NCBI RefSeq assembly: GCF_039654945.1
Contig: NW_027362260.1
Coordinates: 1 to 64,000 of the forward strand
Length of the DNA: 64,000 nt
Direction of reading: 5' to 3'
Origin: Dendrobates tinctorius
Lineage: Eukaryota
The notes beneath the pieces are model-generated. The model saw only the letters and a list, made by a program, of their open reading frames with translations. It did not search any database and was not told the DNA's origin. Of this stretch, positions 1-11,286 are shown piece by piece. Position numbers and translations under genes: made by a program. Every line of letters starts with the position of its first letter. Position 1 is the stretch's first letter.

Positions 1-150
1 CCTTTACATGGAGGCGGGGCGGACCGGAGCGAAAACAGGAGGGATGACCGTTTCCGGGGCGGGGGTTCTAGTATTGAATTCGCGGTTAAGCTCCTCCTCT
101 TCTCTGATTGGCTGAATACAGGACTGTTGGTGATTTTGAATTCCCCCCCC
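1..150 (-). promoter_or_regulatory. H4-type histone promoter; the H4 gene itself would lie just left of the window
   Basis: Colinear similarity to the sequence upstream of the intact H4 (42631-42780): GACCGGAGCG, TTCCGGGGCGGG, GAATTCGC, CTCTGATTGGCTG (CCAAT), GATTTTGAATTCCCC. The TATA position reads TGTAAA instead of TATAAA. Confidence 0.65.
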
Positions 151-856
151 TCTCTGTTACAAAGAATATTCAACAAAACTCCCCATCGCGGCGCCGCCGC
201 TAGATCTGTCCGTTATTTGGATTTTTCCGTTGCTATTTTCCAGCTTCTTCATAATGTAATAAGTAAATAAATACTTTAGGGACAGTGATCTCCAGAAGCC
301 TCATCTGACCCAGGCAGTCGCTCCTCATTACAGGTGGTGGCGGCCAGTACAGGGCAGGGAGCCGCATGTAACGAGTCCCGGAGGCTCCATCCCCGGAGAA
401 GAGGAGAAATATCAGATACAAGATAACGATCCCCAACCACCGATGTGATCTGCAGCGACCATCGCCGCGCACGGGATCTGCTCCAATCAACGTCAGGAAT
501 AATGTTCACTAAGACAATATAGAAAAGGGAGTGGGAAGGCGCCAGCACCGATCCGGGGACAAATACGGGTATAGGCAGAACACACTGGAGAGGCGGCACC
601 AGGACCCAGCGCGTGTGACATCAGATTGTGATCGCTAACGCTTCTCCGGAGCGCAATGTGCGACTGAGCGGGAAATTAGGGTTCACTAACGGCTCAGTAA
701 ATGACGGCGGAACATCGAAATAAAGAACCGACCATTCGCCCGCTACTTAATTTACTTTCAACTCCTTAGTGACCGTATTCCTGCTGAATCTCTGCTCTGT
801 ACAGAATCCGCCTCAAGCACCGCAGACCCCGGCTGTGCACACCATACCCCTCTCCC

Positions 857-997
857 TTACAATGGATGAGACTAGAGAAAGTGCTGAGCGATAACTGGAA
901 TCTCACTTCTCACCTGTGATATCAGAAACCGCAGCCGCCATCTATTCCTGAGAGAGTGCGATCCGTATAGGGAGAACACGCACATAAACCGGACAGC
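857..997. other. Copy of the H3 3'-flanking sequence with no H3 gene attached
   Basis: Matches 36962-37094 (TTACAATGGATGAGA...GATATCAGAAACCGCAGCC...CATAAACCGGACAG), which lies just past the H3 stem-loop. Confidence 0.7.
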
Positions 998-1466
998 GGA
1001 AGGAAAAGGAGTGCGTAGAATCCGAGACTCCATGAACTTGTATTATTCCAGTGAAGCGCAGTGACGGCCGGGTGCCCTCATAGATCGCTGTAGCGCGGCT
1101 CCTGGATTCATCCAGTGTTGTGTCTGCACCTCACTACTACCACCCCCAGCATTCACAGGAAACTCACAAATTGGAATGGAAAGGGTTAATGTAAGAGGAG
1201 ATGAAAAGAGAAAGCAGAGATCCAACCAGGAGGATAATCTACTGGAAATGTCACTGAGCAGAGATCATCATTACCAGCTGCGGGAGAGCGAGGACCTATC
1301 GCCGAGTGCAACGCACCACCTGCAATCATTATCACTGACCTATTGGAGAGAGGAGGTCCCAGTGTAGACGTTTTCTCCGGAAAGGAGCTGCTCAGCACAT
1401 GCACGGCCTTGATGAGGACACTACACAGGGCAGCGGAGGAGCAGCTCTTATGGTGAGGGGGTGGGC

Positions 1467-1482
1467 GGCTCTTAGAAGAGCC
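1467..1482 (-). terminator. Histone 3' stem-loop (H2B copy 1), followed by HDE TAAGAGCTG at 1442-1450
   Basis: Minus strand CCAAA-GGCTCTTCTAAGAGCC-GCCCA. Confidence 0.95.
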
Positions 1483-1506
1483 TTTGGGGTGATGGCGGAG
1501 CNNNNN

Positions 1507-2615
<1,109 letters not shown>

Positions 2616-2647
2616 GCGCTGCTGCCGATCCCACCTACACAACCAAA

Positions 2648-2663
2648 GGCTCTTCTAAGAGCC
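2648..2663 (+). terminator. Histone 3' stem-loop (H2A copy 1), HDE CAGAGCTG near 2681
   Basis: CCAAA-GGCTCTTCTAAGAGCC-ACCCA. Confidence 0.95.
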
Positions 2664-3546
2664 ACCCACCCCGTCACCACCAGAGCTGACGCCGCTGATC
2701 TCGGGTCCTCACATTCCAGACACCACGGGCTGCCGCCACCAGTCTGTAGGTTGCTGCGCACACTGGAATCCGTTGTGCGGTTTCTACCCAAAACACTGGA
2801 GTGTCGGGAGATGAATGGGATAATATCATATGAAGCCTCAGACCTGTGGGGGGAGAGGAGTCCCTCATTAGTGTCTGATCCTCCGGCCCCTGACATCGCT
2901 GTGGAGATAACACGCAGTGATCACGTATCGGGGGGGAGTTGGCGGCCGCTGCCGGCGATTCTCCACATCAGTGACTGCGGCTCCTCCCGGAGGACGATCC
3001 CGTGATGGCGGCTCTGGAGGGCTGGACTCAGCGCGGTTCTCGGGTGACCGGATTGTGATCTCCGCTGTCAGCCGTGACCGGTAGTAATCCTCCGCGGAAC
3101 AAGAGCGGGAACTTCAAATCCCCCAACGGATCCTGTGATCAGACAATGAGCGGGAATCCTCGGTAAAGCGCCGTCCTCAGTGACGTACATAGACGTCTTT
3201 CCAACTCCGTTTAACTCCTTACTTGCCGTGTTGCTGCTGATCTCCCCTTATTTAGCAGTGTCCACAGATGCGGCACCTTCTCCCCAGCCCCCGGCAGCGC
3301 TCACATCGGGCTCCTCCAGAGCATCTGCTGCTTGCAGCCCCCTGTAATCACTGCAGACACAACTGGGAGTCCTGATAATACTTACTAAAAGGGTTAACCC
3401 CACAATAGTGTAGTGTAATCAGCCGCAGGCTTCACTGAACAAATACTAAGTAACGCAGAAAAATAAGAATTAATAAAGCCAATAAACCACGAATCCTCCT
3501 GCTTTTCTTTCATTGCTAAAATATCACAGATCAAAGCATCATACCT

Positions 3547-3770
3547 AGTGAGGAGCGAGCAGTAAAGAGCTCGGGTGCTCGTTCGGGTTGAGCAAATTTG
3601 AATACTCAGGTACTTGGACAGAACAACGAGCCCAATGTAAGTCTATGGGAGACCCCAGCATTTCTACATGGATCCCCCAGGTCTAAAAACATCTGAAAAT
3701 GATGGAAACACTGCTGCAATGACAGGGGACATCATGGGGATCACCCCTGGAAGCATTCCTGACTCCTAGG
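3547..3770. mobile_element. Old decayed hAT-type MITE fragment (also near 45995-46230)
   Basis: Starts TAGTGAGGAGCGAG, resembling the TAG(T/A)GTTGAGCG TIR; contains CCCAATGTAAGTCTATGGG, similar to hAT subterminal CCCAATGTAAGTCAATGGG. No right end or TSD found. Confidence 0.4.
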
Positions 3771-3910
3771 TCACAGCTTTATCATTGTAGCATTTACCAA
3801 CCCTAGGTGGCCATGTGGTGTGTGATATTAGCAGACACATCTTGTCTTTCAGAGTCCCTCCTTCATAAATGAAACAAGTGTAAAGATGGATGTTTCAAAT
3901 ATATCCCTAC

Positions 3911-4465
3911 TAGTGTTGAGCATTCCGATACTGCAAATATCGGGTATCGGCCGATATTCGCTGTATCGGAATTCCGATACCGAGTACCGATATTTTTTCA
4001 ATGTCGGAATCGGAAGTTCCCATAATGCAAAGAGCCACTGTTGTGGCTCTGATTGGCTGCCGAAATGATGTCATCATGATGCGCCGTCAGTTCGAGCCTT
4101 CCGGGGGAGGGGGGTCTATGCAGACTGCCCGGGGTTCTGTACCGGCCTGCCGGTGGTCTGTACTGACTGTCCGGGGGTCTGAGCGGCCTGCCGGGGGGGC
4201 TGTGCCGACTGTCCGGGGGTCTGTGCAGGCTGCGGGGGTCTGTGCAGGATCGTCCGATGGGACTACAAGTCCCATCGGGCGATGCCTGCTACCATGACGG
4301 TGATTGACACATTAACCAATGATGGGACAGTAGTAGTCCCATCATCCGGCCTATGTGTTGAATGTAAAAAAAAAAAAAAACATACTACATACATGCTACA
4401 TACATGCAACATACATACTGCATATATTCCACATGCATGCAACATGCATACTACATATATACCAC
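3911..4465. mobile_element. Non-autonomous hAT (MITE), left part only, cut by hAT copy A
   Basis: TIR TAGTGTTGAGC preceded by ATCCCTAC, the same site as the complete copy at 46375-48938. Confidence 0.85.
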
Positions 4466-4613
4466 TAGAGTTGAGCGAAACGGGTCTAAAAAATTCAAAA
4501 GTCCCCGACTTTTGGCAAAGTCGGGTTTCATGAAACGAAACCCGACCCTAGGATGAGGTCGGCGACTTACGCGCCAAAGTCGCGTTTCAAAAGTTTGTTT
4601 TGCGCTCTTTTTC

Positions 4614-4760
4614 AGCCAATCAGGATCCACGGACACTGTGGGCAACGTGATGACATAGGCAGGGGTCACCACCATCTTTCAGAAGGGCATGCAAGTGATT
4701 GGCTTGCTTTGGTGGGCGTCACAGGGGGTATAAAAGGGCGTGCACGCCGACCGCCATCTT
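4614..4760 (+). promoter_or_regulatory. Putative transposase promoter in the hAT left end
   Basis: CCAAT near 4617, ATTGG near 4698, TATAAAA 4729-4735, CCGCCATCTT (YY1-like) just downstream; retained in the other left ends (about 28536 and 58200). Confidence 0.5.
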
Positions 4761-5498
4761 ACTTCTGCCGATCTCAGTATAGGGAGAGGTTGCTGATTCT
4801 GTAGGGAGAGCGTTAGGCAGGGAAGAAGACAAAAAAAACTGCTTCTGCTGCTAGCGATTTTGCCTGCACAACACACCAGTCACTGTGTGTGCAGTGCAAG
4901 GGGAGGCTATATAGTGGTGTATCAGTGGTGTTGGTTGTTGGGCTGCCTTCTAAGGCTTCCAGACAGGCTGGCATTGCTGTTTACCCACTGCTCTGCAAAC
5001 TGCTTTTTTAAAAGCATTCCAATCTCCCTTATCCTCTAGTCACTTTTGTCACAGCTGTGCCATTGAGCCTGTGACATAGCGCTCAGATATCAGTGGGCCT
5101 CACACAATCCAAAAGTGTCCAGTGTCCAAAAGTGTGTGCAGAAATTCAAAATCTCCCTTATCCTCTAGTCACTTTGGTCACAGCTGTGCCATCGAGCCTG
5201 TCACATAGCGCTCAGATATTCATTGGGCCTCACACAATACAAAAGTGTCCAGTGTCCAAAAGTGTCTGCAGAAATTCAAAATCTCCCTTATCCTCTAGTC
5301 ACTTTGGTCACAGCTGTGCCATCGAGCCTGTCACATAGCGCTCAGATATTCATTGGGCCTCACACAATCCAAAAGTGTCCAGTGTCCAAAAGTTGTGCAG
5401 AGATTCAAAATCTCCCTTATCCTCTAGTCACTTTGGTCACAGCTGTGCCATCGAGCCTGTCACATAGCGCTCAGATATTCATTGGGCCTCACACAATC

Positions 5499-5780
5499 TC
5501 ACACAAGGAAAGACTAGAAGCAATGGGATGAAACTGAATGGGAGGAGACACAGATTAGATATTAGAAAAAACTTTTTGACAGTTAGAGTGATCAATGAGT
5601 GGAACAGGCTGCCACGAGAAGTGGTGAGTTCTCCTTCAATGGAAGTCTTCAAACAGAGGCTGGACAGACATCTGACTGGGATGATTTAGCGAATCCTGCT
5701 TTGAGCAGGGGGTTGGACCAGATGGCCCAGGAGGTCCCTTCCAACTCTACGATTCTATGATTCTATGATTCTATGATTCT
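5499..5780 (+). mobile_element. 5'-truncated CR1 LINE (3' end only)
   Basis: End of ORF2 (...RLDRHLTGMI*), 3' UTR and (ATTCTATG)n tail; flanked by AATC on both sides. Confidence 0.93.
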
Positions 5781-6811
5781 AATCCAAAAGTGTCCAGTGT
5801 CCAAAAGTGTGTGCAGAGATTCAAAATCTCCCTTATCCTCTAGTCACTTTGGTCACAGCTGTGCCATCGAGCCTGTGACATAGCGCTCAGATATCAGTGG
5901 GCCTCACACAATCCAAAAGTGTCCAGTGTCCAAAAGTGTGTGCAGAGATTCAAAATCTCCCTTATCCTCTAGTCACTTTGGTCACAGCTGTGCCATCGAG
6001 CCTGTCACATAGCGCTCAGATATTCATTGGGCCTCACACAATCCAAAAGTGTCCAGTGTCCAAAAGTGTGTGCAGAGATTCAAAATCTCCCTTATCCTCT
6101 AGTCACTTTGGTCACAGCTGTGCCATCGAGCCTGTGACATAGCGCTCAGATATCAGTGGGCCTCACACAATCCAAAAGTGTCCAGTGTCCAAAAGTGTGT
6201 GCAGAGATTCAAAATCTCCCTTATCCTCTAGTCACTTTGGTCACAGCTGTGCCATCGAGCCTGTGACATAGCGCTCAGATACCAGTGGGCCTCACACAAT
6301 CCAAAAGTGTCCAGTGTCCAAAAGTGTGTGCAGAGATTCAAAATCTCCCTTATCCTCTAGTCACTTTGGTCACAGCTGTGCCATCGAGCCTGTGACATAG
6401 CGCTCAGATACCAGTGGGCCTCACACAATCCAAAAGTGTCCAGTGTCCAAAAGTGTGTGCAGAGATTCAAAATCTCCCTTATCCTCTAGTCACTTTGGTC
6501 ACAGCTGTGCCATCGAGCCTGTCACATAGCGCTCAGATATTCATTGGGCCTCACACAATCCAAAAGTGTCCAGTGTCCAAAAGTGTGTGCAGAGATTCAA
6601 AATCTCCCTTATCCTCTAGTCACTTTGGTCACAGCTGTGCCATCGAGCCTGTCACATAGCGCTCAGATATTCATTGGGCCTCACACCATCCAAGAGTGTC
6701 CAGTGTCCAAAAGTGTGTGCAGAGATTCAAAATCATAGAATCATAGAATCGTAGAGTTGGAAGGGACCTCCTGGGCCATCTGGTCCAACCCCCTGCTCAA
6801 AGCAGGATTCG

Positions 6812-9544
6812 CTAAATCATCCCAGTCAGATGTCTGTCCAGCCTCTGTTTGAAGACTTCCATTGAAGGAGAACTCACCACTTCTCGTGGCAGCCTGTTCC
6901 ACTCATTGATCACTCTAACTGTCAAAAAGTTTTTTCTAATATCTAATCTGTGTCTCTTCCCATTCAGTTTCATCCCATTGCTTCTAGTCTTTCCTTGTGC
7001 AAATGAGAATAAAGTTGATTCTTCTACAATGTGACAGCCCTTTAGATATTTGTAGACAGCTATTAAGTCTCCTCTCAGTCTTCTCTTTTGCAAACTAAAC
7101 ATTCCCAAATCCTGCAACCTTTCCTCATAAGACAGGGTTTGCAGACCGGTCACCATTCTGGTCGCTCTTTTCTGAACTTGCTCCAGTTTGTTGATGTCTT
7201 TTTTAAAATGTGGTGCCCAAAACTGGACACAATATTCCAGATGAGGTCTGACCAAAGAGGAGTAGAGGGAAATAATGACTTCACGTGATCTAGACTGTAT
7301 GCTTCTGTTAATACATCCTAGAATTGCATTTGCCTTTTTTGCTGCTGCATCACACTGTTGACTCATATTCAGTCTGTGATCTATTAGTATACCCAAGTCT
7401 TTTTCACATGTGCTGTCACTTAGCCCTATTCCTCCCATTCTATATATGCTTTTTTCATTTTTATTGCCCAGATGTAGTACTTTGCATTTCTCCCTGTTAA
7501 AAACCATTCTGTTTGTTGCTGCCCACTTCTCCAGTTTATTTAAATCTTTTTGAATCCTCTCTCTCTCTTCTCTAGTATTAGCTATCCCTCCTAGCTTTGT
7601 GTCATCAGCAAATTTAATCAGTTTACCCTCAATTCCTTCATCTAAATCGTTGATAAAGATGTTGAACAATACAGGGCCCAGGACAGAGCCCTGTGGTACC
7701 CCACTTGAGACATTCTTCCAACTGGATGTGCAGCCATTTACGACCACTCTTTGGGTCCGATCACTAAGCCAGTTATGAATCCACCTAACAGTTGCCTTGT
7801 CCATTCCATACTTAGTCATTTTTTCAATAAGGATTGTATGAGAGACTTTGTCAAATGCTTTGCTGAAGTCAAGATATACTATATCTACAGCATTTCCTTG
7901 ATCCACCCAATCAGTGATACCGTCATAGAAGGAAATTAAGTTAGTCTGACATGACTTATTAGTTAGAAACCCATGCTGACTCTGTTTAATCACTTCATTC
8001 TTATCCAGGTATTGACATACATGTTGTTTAATAATTTGTTCAAAGATCTTTCCTGGTATAGAAGTCAGACTCACCGGCCTATAGTTGCCTGGGTCCACCT
8101 TCTTCCCCTTTTTGAAGATAGGAACAACATTTGCTCTTCTCCAGTCTTCTGGCACTTCTCCTGTTCTCCAAGAATTTTCAAAGATTATGGAGAGGGGTTC
8201 AAAAATTTCTTCTGCTATCTCCTTCAGTACTCTGGGGTGTAATTCATCTGGACCTGGAGACTTGAATTCATTTAGGTTAGCTAAGTGTTTCCTCACTATC
8301 TTTCTGTTTATAGATATCCTGGATTCTTCTATTCCCTTAATAGGACAGTGAATAACAGTTGATGTTGCATTTCCTTTCTGAGAGAAAACAGATGCAAAAT
8401 AGGAATTTAAAAGTTCAGCCTTCTCAACATCCTGTCTTACCATTTCATCATTTTCATCCTGTAAAAATCCTATAGCATCTTTGACTTTTCTTTTACTTTT
8501 GACATATCCCCAAAATCCTTTATTATTGCTTTTGACATCTCTTGCAAGCCTCAGTTCATTTTCAGCTTTAGCTAATCTGATTTGTGCCCTGCAGGTTCTG
8601 CAGACAGCATTATATTCTTCTTTAGATATGCCTCCCTCTTTCCAGTTTATAAACATTTTTTTCTTCCTTTTTAGCATGTGCTTAAGTTCTGTGTTCATCC
8701 ATCCTGGTTTCCTTAAATGCTTCCTATTCTTCCCTCTTTTCGGAATTGTTAACAACTGTGCTTTGAGAATTTCATTTTTCAAGATTTCCCATCCTTCCTG
8801 GACATTTTTGTCTTTAAGGATATCCAGCCATTGGATCCCTCCAATTCTCTTTCTGAATCCCTTAAAATCTGCCTTTCTGAAATCTAACCTTGACGTCTGA
8901 GTCTTCACAGGTCTTCCACCTCTAGTTATCCAAAATTCTAAAATAGCATGGTCGCTACCTCCTAGGGTCCCAGCCACTTTTACCTCCTCAACCATTTCCT
9001 CCCTGTTTATAAGGATTAGATCCAAGGTAGCAGTTCCCCTTGTTTTCTCCCCTACCTTTTGGAAGATAAAGTTGTCAGCAAGAGAGGATAAGAATTTCCT
9101 TGACCTGTTAGTTTTGCCTGAGAGAGATTCCCAACAAATGTCTGGATAGTTGAAATCTCCCATGACAACTATGTCATATTTTTTGGAGAACTTGGCCATC
9201 TGATGCATAAAGAGTTCATCTATATCTTCGGCTTGCACAGGCGGCCTGTAGTAAATGCCTACAATGGTGTCCTTTCCATTGTTCCGTCCTTGTATTCTTA
9301 CCCAAACAGTTTCCACAGAACTTCCAGTCTCTGAAGCTTCAATCTCTGTGCAGATATACGCGTTTCGAACATACAATGCGACACCCCCTCCTCGTTTATC
9401 AAGTCTGTTTCTTGCAAATAAGTTGTATCCTTCTAGTCTTGTATTCCAATCATGTGTATTGTCCCACCAAGTTTCAGTGATTCCAATTACATCATATTTC
9501 TTTTCCTGTGTTAGTAGTTCCAATTCTCCTTGTTTGTTGCCCAT
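6812..9544 (-). CDS. CR1 ORF2: AP endonuclease + reverse transcriptase; the frame stays open upstream to about 9733
   Basis: ITETW, GDFN, LDLIL, SDH (APE); PGPDE, YRPVSL, LDFSKAFD, GVPQGS, FADD (RT). The LKCFYTNAQS motif lies just upstream of the first ATG. Confidence 0.95.
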   Translation of the reverse strand: MGNKQGELELLTQEKKYDVIGITETWWDNTHDWNTRLEGYNLFARNRLDKRGGGVALYVRNAYICTEIEASETGSSVETVWVRIQGRNNGKDTIVGIYYRPPVQAEDIDELFMHQMAKFSKKYDIVVMGDFNYPDICWESLSGKTNRSRKFLSSLADNFIFQKVGEKTRGTATLDLILINREEMVEEVKVAGTLGGSDHAILEFWITRGGRPVKTQTSRLDFRKADFKGFRKRIGGIQWLDILKDKNVQEGWEILKNEILKAQLLTIPKRGKNRKHLRKPGWMNTELKHMLKRKKKMFINWKEGGISKEEYNAVCRTCRAQIRLAKAENELRLARDVKSNNKGFWGYVKSKRKVKDAIGFLQDENDEMVRQDVEKAELLNSYFASVFSQKGNATSTVIHCPIKGIEESRISINRKIVRKHLANLNEFKSPGPDELHPRVLKEIAEEIFEPLSIIFENSWRTGEVPEDWRRANVVPIFKKGKKVDPGNYRPVSLTSIPGKIFEQIIKQHVCQYLDKNEVIKQSQHGFLTNKSCQTNLISFYDGITDWVDQGNAVDIVYLDFSKAFDKVSHTILIEKMTKYGMDKATVRWIHNWLSDRTQRVVVNGCTSSWKNVSSGVPQGSVLGPVLFNIFINDLDEGIEGKLIKFADDTKLGGIANTREERERIQKDLNKLEKWAATNRMVFNREKCKVLHLGNKNEKSIYRMGGIGLSDSTCEKDLGILIDHRLNMSQQCDAAAKKANAILGCINRSIQSRSREVIISLYSSLVRPHLEYCVQFWAPHFKKDINKLEQVQKRATRMVTGLQTLSYEERLQDLGMFSLQKRRLRGDLIAVYKYLKGCHIVEESTLFSFAQGKTRSNGMKLNGKRHRLDIRKNFLTVRVINEWNRLPREVVSSPSMEVFKQRLDRHLTGMI

Positions 9545-9723
9545 GCTTTGTGCATTAGTATAGAAACATTTTAGTTTGTGATTGGTTTCTCTTTCTCCAA
9601 TATTTTTATTAATTAGATTCTTTCGTCTTTGTTCTTCCTTTCCACTTCTAATAGCAGAGTTCTCAATAGCATTTGTCAGGTGTATGGCTTTTTCTGGTCT
9701 TTTGCTTCCCTTCCCATGTTGTT

Positions 9724-10686
9724 CTAGTTTAAAGCTCTCCTTACAAGTGTAGCAAGGCGACTTCCAAATACATGCTTTCCAGTCTTCGTAAGGTGCACCC
9801 CATCTCTAGCAAGTAGTCCATCGTATAAGTAGTTCACTCCGTGATCCAGAAATCCAAATCGTTGCTGACGGCACCATCGACGTAGCCAGTTGTTCACCTG
9901 CAGAATCTTATTCCACCTCCTTGTTCCATGGCCATCCACTGGGAGGATGGAAGAGAAGACCACCTGCGCTCCCAGTTCTTTCACTTTCTTGCCTAAGTCT
10001 TCAAAGTCTCTGCAGATGGTTTCCAGGTCGTTTCTTGCGGTGTCATTTGTCCCCACATGTAGTAGCAGGAATGGGTAGTCATCTGTAGGTCTGAAGAGTC
10101 CTGATATCCTGTCAGACACATCTTTAATTTTTGCACCTGGAAGACAGCACATTTCTCTTGAAGTTATATCCGGTCTGCAGATAGCGGCCTCAGTTCCTCT
10201 CAGCAGGGAATCCCCCATGACCACCACTCTCCGTTTCTTCTTCACAACATTTTTCTTTCTCCATCCAGGAGGACTCTGAAGGCGTACAAGGTTGCTGTTT
10301 GTTGGCAAAGTCTTATCCTGATGTATTTCTTCATCGTTTTCCTGCGTGAGAGCCTGGTACTGGTTTCTGAGCAGTATGGGTGCTGACTGCCTCCTGATCC
10401 TCCTGCTTCTCTGGGTCACATGTCTCCATTCCTCTGTTTCTTCAGGTGCACTTCGAATTTCTTCTCTTTCTGTAACATGAAGAGATAATTCTGCTCTGTC
10501 CAAGAACTCTTCACCTTCCTTAATGATCTTCAACGTAGCTAACCTCTCTTCGAGATTTTGCAACTTTTCCTCCAACAGGGACACAAGCTTGCATTTGTGG
10601 CATGTGAAGTTTGGCTTTTCCACTGGTAAATCTGTGAACATGTAGCAAGAAATGCAGCTCACCAAATGGCTCCTGGCCTCTTCCAT
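9724..10686 (-). CDS. CR1 ORF1: zinc finger, coiled coil and SGNH/GDSL esterase-like domain, 320 aa
   Basis: MEEARSHLVSCISC...TCHKC, heptad leucines, VVMGDSLLRG, HVGTND, DGVHL, ends RRALN*. The ORF-track extension to 10899 runs into the UTR monomers. Confidence 0.9.
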   Translation of the reverse strand: MEEARSHLVSCISCYMFTDLPVEKPNFTCHKCKLVSLLEEKLQNLEERLATLKIIKEGEEFLDRAELSLHVTEREEIRSAPEETEEWRHVTQRSRRIRRQSAPILLRNQYQALTQENDEEIHQDKTLPTNSNLVRLQSPPGWRKKNVVKKKRRVVVMGDSLLRGTEAAICRPDITSREMCCLPGAKIKDVSDRISGLFRPTDDYPFLLLHVGTNDTARNDLETICRDFEDLGKKVKELGAQVVFSSILPVDGHGTRRWNKILQVNNWLRRWCRQQRFGFLDHGVNYLYDGLLARDGVHLTKTGKHVFGSRLATLVRRALN

Positions 10687-10732
10687 CTTGAGATTTCTTA
10701 AAAACGATGAAAGATGAGCCAAACTTCGCGCG

Positions 10733-11286
10733 CCAAAACCCAGTGATCGTTGAGCTCGCGGAGACTCTTCACTTATCCCAGAAGGCACTGGGAATATGCA
10801 AATGATCTCCTCAAGACTCTTCCCCTGGTTTTCCGATTTCCTCTTTTCAGCTGCAACCGCCAAAACCCAGTGATCGTTGAGCTCGCGGAGACTCTTCACT
10901 TATCCCAGAAGGCACTGGGAATATGCAAATGATCTCCTCAAGACTCTTCCCCTGGTTTTCCGATTTCCTCTTTTCAGCTGCAACCGCCAAAACCCAGTGA
11001 TCGTTGAGCTCACGGAGACTCTTCACTTATCCCAGAAGGCACTGGGAATATGCAAATGATCTCCTCAAGACTCTTCCCCTGGTTTTCCGATTTCCTCTTT
11101 TCAGCTGCAACCGCCAAAACCCAGTGATCGTTGAGCTCGCGGAGACTCTTCACTTATCCCAGAAGGCACTGGGAATATGCAAATGATCTCCTCAAGACTC
11201 TTCCCCTGGTTTTCCGATTTCCTCTTTTCAGCTGCAACCGCCAAAACCCAGTGATCGTTGAGCTCGCGGAGACTCTTCACTTATCC
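10733..11286 (-). repeat. CR1 5' UTR made of 4.3 tandem 127-bp monomers, each with an octamer motif
   Basis: Exact 127-bp period; ATGCAAAT at 10796, 10923, 11050 and 11177. Confidence 0.92.

Larger units (their letters stand above)
6735..11286 (-). mobile_element. Apparently full-length, intact CR1 LINE
   Basis: 5' monomer array, ORF1, ORF2 (APE+RT) and (ATTCTATG)n tail; both junctions are microhomologies to the 130-bp satellite (AATC; CTTATCC). Confidence 0.95.

Noticed and set aside
10687-10899. First 71 aa of the 391-aa CR1 ORF1
   Set aside because: Starts at a non-ATG codon within the 5' monomers; the zinc finger follows the ATG at 10686.
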